This document shows positions 24,400 to 35,767 of a stretch of DNA of 64,000 nt, in pieces (position 1 is the stretch's first letter; each line of letters starts with the position of its first letter). The DNA is from a virus: the IMG/VR virus record IMGVR_UViG_3300010157_000040, positions 1-64,000 of that record, one strand, 5' to 3'. The position numbers and the translations under genes are program-made. Under the pieces are notes generated by a model, which did not search any database, was not told the origin of the DNA, and saw only the letters and a list, made by a program, of their open reading frames with translations.

Positions 24400-24782
24400 T
24401 ACCCAAGAAATCAACTCTATTATATAAAGATGTATCTGAAGATTTAAATATTACTGTTGATTTAGTTGAAGATTTTATAGAATATTATTATAAAGAAATT
24501 AGAAAAAACTTAACAGGTTTAACTTATCCTAGAATTAACATTGATGGTCTTGGTCATTTTGTAGCAAAAACTGGTATAATTAGAAAAGCTATACCAAGAT
24601 ATACTAAAGTTTTAGAATCACATGATACATCAACATTTAGTGCATACTTTAATAAAAAAGGAATTGAAACTAAATTAGATGCACTACTTACATTGGAACT
24701 TAAATTAATTGAATTAGATTTAAAAAAACAAGAATTTAAAAAAACCAAAAATGAAAAATATACTAAAGATAATATGGGATAA
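24396..24782 (+). CDS. IHF/HU-like DNA-binding protein
   Basis: VSEDLNITVDLVEDFI...RINIDGLGHF matches the HU/IHF helix plus GxGxF pattern. Confidence 0.65.
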   Translation: MIPKKSTLLYKDVSEDLNITVDLVEDFIEYYYKEIRKNLTGLTYPRINIDGLGHFVAKTGIIRKAIPRYTKVLESHDTSTFSAYFNKKGIETKLDALLTLELKLIELDLKKQEFKKTKNEKYTKDNMG

Positions 24783-25053
24783 CAAATCTCAAATAATGGA
24801 AGGTATTAAGAATGCAGTAATTAGAGATGAATTTGTTGAAGATGTTGCAAAATTAAGACATAACATTTGTGATGATTGTGACCTTAAAGGAAAAAAATGT
24901 GCAGTTAAAGGTACATCACCTTGTTGTAATGAATGTGGATGTTCATTAGCTCTTAAAACTAGATCATTATCATCTTCATGTCCTCATCCTAATGGAGCTA
25001 AATGGTTTGCCATTACTACAGAAGAAGAAGAAGATAAATTAGATGCACTATGA
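24751..25053 (+). CDS. Cys-rich Zn-binding protein
   Basis: RxxICxxC...C...CCxxCGC...KT...CP...KW. Confidence 0.7.
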   Translation: MKNILKIIWDNKSQIMEGIKNAVIRDEFVEDVAKLRHNICDDCDLKGKKCAVKGTSPCCNECGCSLALKTRSLSSSCPHPNGAKWFAITTEEEEDKLDAL

Positions 25054-25880
25054 GTATAGTATTTCAAGCATCAGATCATACTTATAAAAGTATAGATAAT
25101 TCAGAAGGTATAAATTGGACAAGTGTAACTACATTAGTTTCTAATTTTAAAAAATCTTTTGACTCAAAATCAGTTGCAGAAAAAGTTTCAAAAAATAAAA
25201 AATCTAAATGGTATGGTATAGAACCAAAAGCTATACAAGCTATATGGAATGCAGAGTCTGATAGAGCAATGACTCTTGGTACATTTTATCATAACCAAAG
25301 AGAAGATGACTTATGTTCATTAGCATCAATAGAAAGAGAAGGTATAACTGTTCCTGTATTTATTCCTAGTGGTGAAAACAATGGTGTAAGATATGCACCA
25401 TTACAAAAACTAGATCCTGGAATATATCCTGAACATATGGTATATCTTAAGTCAGCAGGTTTATGTGGTCAATCAGACTTAGTAGAAGTAATCAATGATA
25501 GAGTAAACATAATAGATTATAAAACTAATAAAGAAATTAAAACTGAATCATATAAAAACTGGGAAGGTATATCAGATAAAATGAGTTCTCCTATATCTTC
25601 ATTAGATGATTGTAACTTTAGTCACTATGCATTACAGTTAAGTATTTACATGTATATCATACTTAAACACAACCCAAAGTTAAAACCTGGGTATATGCAT
25701 ATACATCATGTTTTATTTGAAGAAGAAGGTAAAGATGAATATGGTTATCCTATTACAAGTTATAATAGTAATGGTGATCCAATAGTAAAAGAAGTAGTAG
25801 TATTAAAAGTACCCTATCTATATGATGAGGTTATAGCAATTATTAACTATATTAAAGATAACCCAATTAAAAAGAAATAA
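25050..25880 (+). CDS. PD-(D/E)XK exonuclease
   Basis: GTFYH...E...GQSDLV...IIDYKTNK...YALQLSIY. Confidence 0.85.
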   Translation: MSIVFQASDHTYKSIDNSEGINWTSVTTLVSNFKKSFDSKSVAEKVSKNKKSKWYGIEPKAIQAIWNAESDRAMTLGTFYHNQREDDLCSLASIEREGITVPVFIPSGENNGVRYAPLQKLDPGIYPEHMVYLKSAGLCGQSDLVEVINDRVNIIDYKTNKEIKTESYKNWEGISDKMSSPISSLDDCNFSHYALQLSIYMYIILKHNPKLKPGYMHIHHVLFEEEGKDEYGYPITSYNSNGDPIVKEVVVLKVPYLYDEVIAIINYIKDNPIKKK

Positions 25881-25882
25881 TT

Positions 25883-26179
25883 ATGATACAATTTTTTAAT
25901 TTTTATAAAGATATAATTCTTGTAGGTAATGTAAAATGGAAATTTTCTAAATATATTTTAGTAAAAAATTTATATAAAATTCCTTCTACAGGTCAAGATG
26001 CTGAGTTTACTAATTATAATATTTCAAAAAAATCAAAGTGGTCAGTTCTTTTAAAACATCATATATATTATGAGGAATATAAAGCAACTTCATTAATAAA
26101 TGCTCTTGTTTTTATTTATAATAATACAATAATTAAAACCAAGAAAAAGTCTAATACTAATATATTTAAAAGAAAATGA
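25883..26179 (+). CDS. hypothetical protein
   Basis: 98-aa AT-rich ORF with 4-nt overlap to the next gene. Confidence 0.5.
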   Translation: MIQFFNFYKDIILVGNVKWKFSKYILVKNLYKIPSTGQDAEFTNYNISKKSKWSVLLKHHIYYEEYKATSLINALVFIYNNTIIKTKKKSNTNIFKRK

Positions 26180-26691
26180 TAGTAAGATTGTTTGATGTTC
26201 AAAATGGTATTGTAATACCTACAGAACACTGTTATACACTAAAAGCTTTAAAAGATATAATGGATAACTATCCAGAAGAACATCTTAAGATTTATTTGTA
26301 TTTGTTTTATATGACATGTCCTAATCCAGATATGAATCCTTTTTTTTATGCACCTGATATAGATAAAGAGTATTTAATCATGAAAGAAATAAATGGAGAT
26401 TTTTCATTAGAAGATGATGATATACATACTGCATTAGAGTTTTGTAAAAGAATGTATGAGACACCAACATCTAGAGCATATAAAGGTATTGCATCTATGT
26501 TAGATAGATTAGGTAGATATATGGAGAATACTGCTATTACAGATGGTAGAGATGGTAACATTAATTCTATAGTTGCTGCAGCTAAAAACTTTGACCAGAT
26601 TAGAGCATCATTTAAAGGAGTATATAAAGATCTACAAGAAGAACAACAAAGTAAAGTTAGAGGCGGTCAAGGTCTTGCATATGATAGTTAA
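26176..26691 (+). CDS. conserved protein upstream of terminase (candidate small terminase subunit)
   Basis: Helical; ends KVRGGQGLAYDS; position directly before TerL. Confidence 0.55.
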   Translation: MIVRLFDVQNGIVIPTEHCYTLKALKDIMDNYPEEHLKIYLYLFYMTCPNPDMNPFFYAPDIDKEYLIMKEINGDFSLEDDDIHTALEFCKRMYETPTSRAYKGIASMLDRLGRYMENTAITDGRDGNINSIVAAAKNFDQIRASFKGVYKDLQEEQQSKVRGGQGLAYDS

Positions 26692-26693
26692 TT

Positions 26694-28901
26694 ATGGATG
26701 ACATTTATAAAGATATTCCTACATGGGATAATGGTACATGGACAACAACATCTTTTGAGTCAAGAGATGAATGGAGAGACTTTTTATTTTCTTTATTTAG
26801 AGAACCTGGTAAATATGAATTCAATGAAATAACTAATGAAGTATTTATTGCTGAGTCTAGAAAGTTTAGAGAAACTAAAGTATACTGCACTGCTCCATTT
26901 AAATCTAGAGATTTTATTAATTACTGGGATGACCAGAAAATCAAATGCAGACTAGGAGTATTAGTTAAGTCAGATAATAAAACATGGTATCTTACTAGAG
27001 ACTATTATATGTGGTTAAACTTCTTACCTATTTTTGATAAGGAACAACAGAAGTTTGACTTTGCTCAGATAAGAGATGCACAATATCATATGGCATTATA
27101 TGAAGTACTTGCAGAACTATTCTATTTACATGCTGCTATACTAAAAAAAAGACAGATTGCATCTAGTTATTTTCATGCAGGTAAATTAATTAATCAGTTA
27201 TGGTTTGAGGCCGGAGTCACACTTAAAATGGGAGCAAGTCTTAAAGATTACATTAATGAGAAAGGTACATGGAAGTTTCTAAATGAATATGCTGCATTTT
27301 TAAATGAACATACTGCTTGGTATAGACCTATGTCTCCAGATAAAGTAATGATGTGGCAACAAAAAATTGAAATAAGAAAAGGAGATAGAAAAGCTGAAGT
27401 TGGTTTAAAAGGAACACTACAAGGAATGTCTTTTGATAAAGATCCAACAAATGGAGTAGGTGGACCAGTTAAATACTTCTTTCATGAGGAAGCAGGTATT
27501 GCTCCTAAGATGAATACAACATTTGGATATATTAAACCAGCTCTTAAATCAGGTATGATCACTACAGGATTATTTATTGCAGCAGGATCTGTGGGTGATT
27601 TAGATCAATGTGAACCATTAAAGAAAATGATTCTAGATCCAGAAGCAAATGATATTTACTCAGTAGAAACAGATTTACTAGATGAGCAAGGTACTTTAGG
27701 TAAGTCAGGTTTATTTATTCCTGAGCAATGGTCAATGCCACCTTATATAGATGATTATGGTAATTCACTTGTAGAAGATGCATTACAAGCATTAGATGAT
27801 TATTTTGAAAAAATAAAAAAATCTATGGACCCTGAGGATTACCAGTTAGAAATATCTCAGCATCCTAGAAATATTGCAGAAGCATTTAAACATAGAAAAA
27901 TATCTAAGTTTCCATCACATCTTGTTACTGCACAGATAAGAAGAATAGAAGATAAAGAATATGCATATGAATACTTGGATATATCAAGAGATGCAACAGG
28001 AAAAATAAAAGTTAAGGATAGTAATAAGTTACCAATATCTGAATTCCCAATAAGTAAAAAGACTGAAGATAAAACTGGTTGTTTAGTTGTATGGGAAAGA
28101 CCTGTAAAAGATCCCAGATATGGTCAGTATTACGCATCTATTGACCCTGTAGCAGAAGGTAAAACTACTACTAGTGATTCACTATGTTCTATTTATGTTA
28201 TGAAAGCTCCTGTAGAAGTAACTAAAATTAGTAATGGTGAAACAGATACTTATATAGAACAAGATAGAATAGTAGCTGCATGGTGTGGAAGATTTGATGA
28301 TATCAAACAAACACATGAAAGGTTAGAAATGATTATAGAATGGTATAATGCTCAGACTGTAATTGAAAATAATATTTCTTTGTTTATTTTATATATGATA
28401 TCTAGAAAAAGACAAAAGTATTTAGTACCTAAAAATCAAATAATGTTCTTAAAAGACTTAGGTGCAAATGCTAACGTCTTCCAGGAGTATGGTTGGAGAA
28501 ATACCGGAGTACTATTTAAACATCATTTACTAAGTTATGTAATAGAATACTGTAAAGAAGAATTAGACACAGTAACTAAACCTGATGGTACTATAGTAAA
28601 AACAATATATGGTGTAGAAAGAATACCAGATATAATGTTACTAAAAGAAATGCATGCATATACAGATGGACTGAATGTGGATAGACTTGTTGCATTTTCT
28701 GCAATGGTAGCATTTATGAGAATACAACAAGCAAATAGAGGTTATACTAAAAGAGTAATAATGGATGATGCAGCTAAAAACTTGCAAAAGTCAGAAAATT
28801 TGTTTAAATTAAATAAGAGTCCGTTTAGACATCTAGGTGGTGGAATGAGGAATATGGGTAACAATGGATTCAAAAAATCTGCATTTAAAAATATTAAATA
28901 A
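26694..28901 (+). CDS. terL: terminase large subunit
   Basis: Walker A-like LKKRQIASSY, Walker B FFHEEAG, RNase H-like YASIDPV and NVDRL; precedes the portal. Confidence 0.9.
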   Translation: MDDIYKDIPTWDNGTWTTTSFESRDEWRDFLFSLFREPGKYEFNEITNEVFIAESRKFRETKVYCTAPFKSRDFINYWDDQKIKCRLGVLVKSDNKTWYLTRDYYMWLNFLPIFDKEQQKFDFAQIRDAQYHMALYEVLAELFYLHAAILKKRQIASSYFHAGKLINQLWFEAGVTLKMGASLKDYINEKGTWKFLNEYAAFLNEHTAWYRPMSPDKVMMWQQKIEIRKGDRKAEVGLKGTLQGMSFDKDPTNGVGGPVKYFFHEEAGIAPKMNTTFGYIKPALKSGMITTGLFIAAGSVGDLDQCEPLKKMILDPEANDIYSVETDLLDEQGTLGKSGLFIPEQWSMPPYIDDYGNSLVEDALQALDDYFEKIKKSMDPEDYQLEISQHPRNIAEAFKHRKISKFPSHLVTAQIRRIEDKEYAYEYLDISRDATGKIKVKDSNKLPISEFPISKKTEDKTGCLVVWERPVKDPRYGQYYASIDPVAEGKTTTSDSLCSIYVMKAPVEVTKISNGETDTYIEQDRIVAAWCGRFDDIKQTHERLEMIIEWYNAQTVIENNISLFILYMISRKRQKYLVPKNQIMFLKDLGANANVFQEYGWRNTGVLFKHHLLSYVIEYCKEELDTVTKPDGTIVKTIYGVERIPDIMLLKEMHAYTDGLNVDRLVAFSAMVAFMRIQQANRGYTKRVIMDDAAKNLQKSENLFKLNKSPFRHLGGGMRNMGNNGFKKSAFKNIK

Positions 28902-28907
28902 AAAGTT

Positions 28908-31655
28908 ATGCAAATAATAAATGCTTTACAAGCTAAAAATGGTGCAAAAACCGAACATAATAGATTAGGTAGTATTACGCAACCATTACAGTTTATTCCT
29001 AGAAAAGAAAAAGATGAAGAATGGGCAGCATGGAATTTAGACTGGATAGAATGGCAAGGTTTAAAACAAATCCGTAGAAATGCACGTAGACTTATGAAGA
29101 ACTATAAACTTGCAAAAGGTATTATAGATAAGTCTGATTATATTGTAGAAGATAATAATGATTATAGAGATGTTGTAGAATTATTAACTAGAGAAGATGC
29201 ATCTGCATTAGAGTTAAAATTCTATCCAATTATACCAAATGTTATTAATGTTCTAGTAGCTGAGTTTGCTAAAAGATCAACTAAGTTAACATACCGTTCC
29301 GTTGATGAAGTTTCATATAATGAAATGATGGAAGAAAAAAGAGCACAAGTAGAAGAAGTACTTATGGCTAATGCTCAAATGAAAATTACATCTGCATTAT
29401 TAGAACAAGGTTTAGATCCGGAATCTCCAGAAGCACAACAGGAAGTATCTCCAGATAAATTAAAAACATTACCAGAGATAGAACAATTCTTTAAAAAAGA
29501 TTATAGATCTATGGTAGAAGAATGGGCATCACATCAACATAAGGTAGATATAGAAAGATTCAGAATGGATGAACTAGAAGAAAGAGCATTTAGAGATATG
29601 CTTATTACTGATAGAGAATTCTGGCACATGAGAATGATGGAAGATGACTATGAAGTAGAACTATGGAATCCTGTAGTTTGTTTTTACCATAAGTCTCCAG
29701 ATGCAAGATATATATCTCAATCTAACTGGGTAGGTAAAACAGATATGATGACACCATCAGATGCTATTGATAAATATGGTTATCTTATGACTACAGAACA
29801 AATGGCAGCATTAGAAGCTATTTATCCTATTAGATCTGCAGGATATACTATTCAAGGACAACAAAATGATGGTTCTTTTTATGATGGAACTAAGTCACAT
29901 GATTGGAATGTTAATATGCCATCACTTGCATTTAGACAATATACATCAGCAGTTGCTGGTGCAAATGTAGCTGGTGGAGATATTATACAACAAATCTTAG
30001 CAGAAGGAGAAGATTATTATGATCAAGGTACTGCATATTTATTAAGAGTATCAACTGTATATTGGAAAACACAAAGAAAAGTTGGACACCTTACTAAGAT
30101 TACTGATAATGGGGAAGTTGTTAATGAAATTATAACTGAAGATTATAAGGTAGAAGATAAACCTATTTATGATACTAGGTTATTTAAAAACAAAAATAAA
30201 GATAACTTAATCTTTGGTGACCACATAGATTGGATTTGGATAAATGAAGTATGGGGTGGTGTAAAAATTGGACCAAATATTCCTTCATTCTGGGGTATGA
30301 ACAATCCAGGTGGATTCTCTCCTATATATATTGGAGTAGAAAAAAACAAAATTGGATCACTTAAGTTTCAATTTAAAGGAGATAATACATTATATGGTTG
30401 TAAGTTACCAGTAGAAGGTGCAGTATTTTCAGATAGAAATACTAAGTCTACAGCTTTACTTGATTTAATGAAACCATACCAGATTGGATATAACATAGTA
30501 AACAACCAGATTGCTGACATATTAGTAGATGAGTTAGGTACTATTATCATGTTAGACCAGAACACTCTTCCTAAGCACTCTTTAGGAGAAGATTGGGGTA
30601 AAGGTAATTATGCAAAAGCATACATGGCAATGAAGAACTTTCAAATGTTACCATTGGATACCAGTATTGCTAATACTGAAAATGCATTAAACTTCCAACA
30701 TTTCCAAAAATTAGATCTATCTCAAACAGAAAGACTAATGTCAAGGATACAGCTAGCTAACCATTTTAAACAACAAGCATATGAAGTAATTGGTGTTAAC
30801 CCACAAAGAATGGGACAACAGTTATCTCAAATGACAGCAACTGGAGTAGAACAAGCAGCAGCATCATCTTATGCACAAACAGAAGTATTCTTTATACAAC
30901 ACTGTGATTACTTAATGCCAAGAGTACATCAGATGAGAACTGACTTAGCACAATTTTATAATTCTACTAAACCATCTGCAAGACTTACATATACTACATC
31001 AGCAGATGAAAAAGTTAATTTTCAAATTAATGGTACAGATTTATTAATGAGAGATCTTAATATATTCTGTAGTACTACTGCAAACCATAGAGCTATTCTA
31101 GAACAACTTAAAGGAATGGCATTACAGAATAATACTACTGGTGCTTCTATTTATGATCTTGGTAAAATTGTTCAGTCAGATTCAATAGCAGAACTTAATA
31201 CTGCAATGAAAACATCTGAATCTAAACAACAAGAACAGAAACAACAAGAACAACAGTCTGCACAACAAATGCAACAAGAACAACTTGCATCTCAGGAAAA
31301 ACAAAAACAGATGGAGATACAAGCAAATGCAGAAAGAGATGATAAGATGATAGAGAAAGAAATTACTGTAGCTGAAATTAGATCTGCAGGTTTTGGTGCA
31401 ATGAAAGATATCAATGAAAATAAAGTATCTGACTATGAAGACTCTATGAAAGAAATAAGACAGTCTCAACAATATCAACAACAGACTGATTTACAAAGAG
31501 AAAAACAAAATAATGAAAATCTTAGATCTGGACAAAAAATGGATATTGATAGACAGAAGTTAGAAGTGCAACAAGATATAGCAAATAAACAGTTACAAAT
31601 TGCTAGAGAGAACAAAAACAAGTTTGATTCTAAGTCTTCAGATAAAAAGAAATAA
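28908..31655 (+). CDS. portal protein
   Basis: 915 aa after TerL; YPIIPNVINVLVAE, WINEVWGGVKIG, LMKPYQIGYNIVNNQ; C-terminal Q-rich coiled coil, as in crAss-like portals. Confidence 0.85.
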   Translation: MQIINALQAKNGAKTEHNRLGSITQPLQFIPRKEKDEEWAAWNLDWIEWQGLKQIRRNARRLMKNYKLAKGIIDKSDYIVEDNNDYRDVVELLTREDASALELKFYPIIPNVINVLVAEFAKRSTKLTYRSVDEVSYNEMMEEKRAQVEEVLMANAQMKITSALLEQGLDPESPEAQQEVSPDKLKTLPEIEQFFKKDYRSMVEEWASHQHKVDIERFRMDELEERAFRDMLITDREFWHMRMMEDDYEVELWNPVVCFYHKSPDARYISQSNWVGKTDMMTPSDAIDKYGYLMTTEQMAALEAIYPIRSAGYTIQGQQNDGSFYDGTKSHDWNVNMPSLAFRQYTSAVAGANVAGGDIIQQILAEGEDYYDQGTAYLLRVSTVYWKTQRKVGHLTKITDNGEVVNEIITEDYKVEDKPIYDTRLFKNKNKDNLIFGDHIDWIWINEVWGGVKIGPNIPSFWGMNNPGGFSPIYIGVEKNKIGSLKFQFKGDNTLYGCKLPVEGAVFSDRNTKSTALLDLMKPYQIGYNIVNNQIADILVDELGTIIMLDQNTLPKHSLGEDWGKGNYAKAYMAMKNFQMLPLDTSIANTENALNFQHFQKLDLSQTERLMSRIQLANHFKQQAYEVIGVNPQRMGQQLSQMTATGVEQAAASSYAQTEVFFIQHCDYLMPRVHQMRTDLAQFYNSTKPSARLTYTTSADEKVNFQINGTDLLMRDLNIFCSTTANHRAILEQLKGMALQNNTTGASIYDLGKIVQSDSIAELNTAMKTSESKQQEQKQQEQQSAQQMQQEQLASQEKQKQMEIQANAERDDKMIEKEITVAEIRSAGFGAMKDINENKVSDYEDSMKEIRQSQQYQQQTDLQREKQNNENLRSGQKMDIDRQKLEVQQDIANKQLQIARENKNKFDSKSSDKKK

Positions 31656-31751
31656 GGTTTAGCCATATAGTGCTAAAAATTAAAATAGAAGTTTTAAATT
31701 TTTAAAATTTAATTATTATATTATTATAACAACCAATAAAAAACCAAACAA

Positions 31752-33005
31752 ATGGCAAATGACAAAAATGAGGAAACTCAGTTACAAGATTCTACAACGG
31801 TAGGACAAGCAGATATAAACATTGATGAGATGTTTGGAATGCCAGGTGCAGAAAATGTAATGTTACCTGCAGATGGCAAAGAAGATGATAAACCTAAATC
31901 TGTATTCTCAAAGGAAAATACAGACATGACGTTCCTTGACAAGTCTATTAATCCTTCTAAAGAGGATGTAGCACAGAAAGAAGAAGTAGAAGAAGCAATT
32001 GCTGAACTTGATGGATTAATTTCTCAAGAAGAAGATGCAGGTAATAAAGGAAGACCAAAAGTAGACAAGTCAGGTCTTTTAGATTTAGCACAGAAAATGA
32101 TTGAAGAAGGATCTTTAATTCCATTTGATGATGATAAACCAATTGAAGAATATACTACAAAAGATTTCAGAGAATTATTTGAAGCAAATACTGAAGACAA
32201 AGTAAATAAAGTAAGACAAAATACTCCAAAAGAATTCTTTAATGCTTTACCAGAAGAACTTCAGATTGCTGCAAAGTATGTAGCTGATGGTGGACAAGAT
32301 CTTAAAGGTCTTTTCAGAACACTTGCACAAGTAGAAGAAATGATTCAGTTAGATCCAACTAATGAGTATGATCAAGCAGAAATTGCAAGACAGTATTTGT
32401 ACACAACAAATTTTGGAACTGCAGAAGAAATTGAATCTGAAATAGAAGATTGGTATGATATGGGTAAACTAGAGCAAAAAGCTAATCAGTTTAAACCTAA
32501 GTTAGATAGAATGCAAGAAGAGATTGTTGCAAGACAACTAGCAGAACAAGAACAAAAGAAAGAGAAACAACAAGATGCAGCAAGAGTGTATACTGATAAT
32601 GTATATAATACACTTTCAGTAGGAGACATAGGAGGTATTAAACTGGATAAAAAAACACAAGGTATGTTATATTCAGGATTGGTACAACCTAATTACCCTT
32701 CTATTTCCGGGAAACCTACAAACATGTTAGGACACTTATTAGAGAAGTATCAGTTTGTAGAACCTAGACATGATCTTATTGCAGAAGCACTTTGGTTACT
32801 TGCAGATCCAGATGGATATAAAGGTAAAGTAAGAGAACAAGGTAGTAAGATTGCTACTGAAAAAGTAGTAAGACAATTAAAAACAGAAGAGTCAAGAAAA
32901 ATAACTTCTTCAGTAAATGAAGAAAGAGATAATGACAGAAGACCAAGTAATAAACCAAAACAAACCCTCTCTAGAAACACTGGCAACATGTTTAGGAGAT
33001 TTTAA
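31752..33005 (+). CDS. acidic scaffold-like head assembly protein
   Basis: Acidic, helical, located between portal and MCP. Confidence 0.6.
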   Translation: MANDKNEETQLQDSTTVGQADINIDEMFGMPGAENVMLPADGKEDDKPKSVFSKENTDMTFLDKSINPSKEDVAQKEEVEEAIAELDGLISQEEDAGNKGRPKVDKSGLLDLAQKMIEEGSLIPFDDDKPIEEYTTKDFRELFEANTEDKVNKVRQNTPKEFFNALPEELQIAAKYVADGGQDLKGLFRTLAQVEEMIQLDPTNEYDQAEIARQYLYTTNFGTAEEIESEIEDWYDMGKLEQKANQFKPKLDRMQEEIVARQLAEQEQKKEKQQDAARVYTDNVYNTLSVGDIGGIKLDKKTQGMLYSGLVQPNYPSISGKPTNMLGHLLEKYQFVEPRHDLIAEALWLLADPDGYKGKVREQGSKIATEKVVRQLKTEESRKITSSVNEERDNDRRPSNKPKQTLSRNTGNMFRRF

Positions 33006-33032
33006 TTAGTAACAAATAAACAATAAATAAAA

Positions 33033-34649
33033 ATGGCAACTCCAGTAATGAACAATGGTATTTTCCTCCGGGATACCGCTTACAATGCAAGTTCCCATGT
33101 GGATTCATACCACCTGGTGAATATGTTAAAAGATGCAGAACCAATGGACTTAGGTCCAGTAGACCTTTGGGCAATGGCACAAAGGGTAGAAATGCCTCTT
33201 TACCAATTATCATCTTTTGGTGGTAAAAATGTAATTAATGTAGACAATGCTCGTGGAGAGTACAAATGGCAAACACCAGTTTCCATTGACCTTCCATACA
33301 TCATTGAAGATATTGAATCTGATAACAACTTTAAAGGTATAGATGGTACAACCTTCCGTATCAAATTAAACAAGAGAGAATTTGGACATGGTGATATTAT
33401 CACATATGACAAATACAATGGTGTTGAGATGTACATCACTGCAGAAGATATTCTTCCAATGGGTGATGGATTTATCTACACTGTACAGTTAGTTAACAAT
33501 GATAACTACAAGTACATTGATAACAAGTACTTATCCAATGGTACTAAAGTATTCCGTAAAGGTTCCGCAAGAGGTGAATATGGTGAAAGATTCTCTGACA
33601 TCATCACAAATGCAGGATTCCGTGAATTCTATAACTATGTTGGTGGTGCTGAAGCACACGTACATTATTCTGTATCTTCAAGAGCAGACTTAATGATCAA
33701 AGGTGGAATGAATGCAGATGGTACAGTTCCTGTAACTGAAATCTGGAGAAACTTTGATAAGAACATTGATCCTTCTATCAACTCATTAGAGGACATGGTA
33801 AAAACTATGGGTAAAGATGCAGTTAAAAAAGCATTTGACAATGGTGATTTATCTAGAACATTCTTAACTAATATGGAAGCTGCTCACCTTTCTAAGGTAG
33901 CAACTGACATTGAGACTTACTTAATGTGGGGTCATGGTGGTAGAGTTCGTCAAGATGGACCAGATGATGTTAGATTATCAGTAGGTTTATGGAAGCAGTT
34001 AGATAACTCTTTCAAAAGAGTATACAATAAGAATAACTTTACACTTGATTTGTTCCGTGGAGAAATCTATAACTTCTTCAATGGTAAGGTTGAATTCCAA
34101 GGTCCAGATCCAAAGAGATCATTAGTTGTTCAAACTGGTATGGGTGGAATGAGAATGGTAAATGAAGCTATTAGAACTGAGGCAATTTCTTCAGGTTTAT
34201 TAATTCAAGCTGCTGACATTGGTGCTATCACTGGTAAAGGTATGGACTTGAATTTTGGTTTCTCTTACACTTCTTATGTTATTCCTTTCTTGGCAAATGT
34301 TAAGTTTGTATTGAACCCTGCATTTGACAATGTTCACACAAATGATATTGAGAATCCAATTATTGATGGTTTCCCATTAAGTTCTTATTCATTCATTATC
34401 TTTGATATCACTGATAATACTAATGATAATATCTTCATGTTGAAATTATCTTGGGATAACCAATTGAAGTGGTGGTACCAAAATGGTACAATGGATTATA
34501 TGGGACGTAGTCAAGGATTCCAGTCTTCTGGACAATTTAATGGATACCGTGTAATGATGTCACAAACAATGCCAGCTATTTGGGTAAAAGATCCAACTAA
34601 GGTATTGAAGATTGTTATGAGAAACCCAATTACTGGTGGATCATTCTAA
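33033..34649 (+). CDS. major capsid protein
   Basis: 538 aa; highly expressed codon usage (TTC, AAC, CGT); crAss-like synteny; followed by a terminator. Confidence 0.85.
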   Translation: MATPVMNNGIFLRDTAYNASSHVDSYHLVNMLKDAEPMDLGPVDLWAMAQRVEMPLYQLSSFGGKNVINVDNARGEYKWQTPVSIDLPYIIEDIESDNNFKGIDGTTFRIKLNKREFGHGDIITYDKYNGVEMYITAEDILPMGDGFIYTVQLVNNDNYKYIDNKYLSNGTKVFRKGSARGEYGERFSDIITNAGFREFYNYVGGAEAHVHYSVSSRADLMIKGGMNADGTVPVTEIWRNFDKNIDPSINSLEDMVKTMGKDAVKKAFDNGDLSRTFLTNMEAAHLSKVATDIETYLMWGHGGRVRQDGPDDVRLSVGLWKQLDNSFKRVYNKNNFTLDLFRGEIYNFFNGKVEFQGPDPKRSLVVQTGMGGMRMVNEAIRTEAISSGLLIQAADIGAITGKGMDLNFGFSYTSYVIPFLANVKFVLNPAFDNVHTNDIENPIIDGFPLSSYSFIIFDITDNTNDNIFMLKLSWDNQLKWWYQNGTMDYMGRSQGFQSSGQFNGYRVMMSQTMPAIWVKDPTKVLKIVMRNPITGGSF

Positions 34650-34666
34650 TCTAAATAAATAAAACT

Positions 34667-34698
34667 AAAGGGAGAATGTAATAGTTCTCCCTTTCTTT
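34667..34698 (+). terminator. intrinsic terminator after MCP
   Basis: AAAGGGAGAA-TGTAATAG-TTCTCCCTTT-CTTT. Confidence 0.7.
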
Positions 34699-34738
34699 AA
34701 TTAAAAAAATTTTAACCAACAACTAAAAACCAAACAAG

Positions 34739-35755
34739 ATGGAAGATTTCACAATGGTGGAAACCAATAAAGCTAACAATAAAAAAACTGCTATTGCAGT
34801 AAGACCGTTCTTTGATAATGCAGCAACTAATATGGGGCTGGAAAATTATGGTATGTCACTCTATGATGGAGTGAAACACTTTGAACAACTTGCTTGTTTA
34901 GAGAACAATGGAGTAATAAGATACATAACAGGTTTAAATGAATTTGCACCTGAAATTAAATTATTACCAGTAGAACAAAGAGATGCTAGAGTAAAAGAAA
35001 TTAGAATAGCAATTATAGAACTTGAGAAAGAACTTGCTGCTAATGTTTTAGAGATTGATGATCCAAAGTTTTGGAACAATGTTAAAATACTTAAGCCGGA
35101 TAATAAAGAATTTTGGAATAAAATATCAATTGCATGTGGAAATGATCCGTTGTTTCTAGATCCAAAAGATCCTTATGACAGAATTAAATTACATGCAATT
35201 GAAGCAGGAGGTTTCTCTATAGTTGCTAAAAGTTTTGATGATGCAAGATCAAGAGCAGTTCCACCTAAGTTTTACTTAGATAAAGAAGAAGAAACTGTTA
35301 TGGTTAGAACGGAGTACAAAAAGATGCGTAACAAAGCACTTGCTGAACTTCAAAAATTATTTGATAAAAACAGTACTAAGTTATTCTACATAGCAAAAGT
35401 TGTAGATTTAAATAGTACACAATATAGAAAGTCAACACCAAATGATGTTATATATGAGAATATGGACATGTACATTAATGGTGAAGGTGGAGAAAGCAAC
35501 AAGGAAAGAGCAGCAAAATCTTTCATTGAAGCAACAACAATGGATATGGAAACACTAAAAATTAAATCAATTGTTAGAGATTCCGTATTTTTTAAGTATA
35601 TTATTAATAAGCCTGATGGTTATATTTATCATGCAAAGTCAAATGCTTTACTTGGTAGAAATGTATCTGATGTAGTTGAGTACATGAAGAATCCTTTAAA
35701 TGAAGATATTCTTAAAGATCTTAACATGGCTGTAGAAAAATTATGGAACTCTTAA
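34739..35755 (+). CDS. conserved crAss-like protein downstream of MCP
   Basis: 338 aa; YITGLNE, FLDPKDPYD; position after MCP. Confidence 0.65.
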   Translation: MEDFTMVETNKANNKKTAIAVRPFFDNAATNMGLENYGMSLYDGVKHFEQLACLENNGVIRYITGLNEFAPEIKLLPVEQRDARVKEIRIAIIELEKELAANVLEIDDPKFWNNVKILKPDNKEFWNKISIACGNDPLFLDPKDPYDRIKLHAIEAGGFSIVAKSFDDARSRAVPPKFYLDKEEETVMVRTEYKKMRNKALAELQKLFDKNSTKLFYIAKVVDLNSTQYRKSTPNDVIYENMDMYINGEGGESNKERAAKSFIEATTMDMETLKIKSIVRDSVFFKYIINKPDGYIYHAKSNALLGRNVSDVVEYMKNPLNEDILKDLNMAVEKLWNS

Positions 35756-35767
35756 AAATTAAATATA

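Noticed and set aside
26694-34649. Inteins or introns in terminase, portal or capsid genes
   Set aside because: Frames are continuous, sizes are ordinary, and no intein terminal motifs or LAGLIDADG blocks were seen
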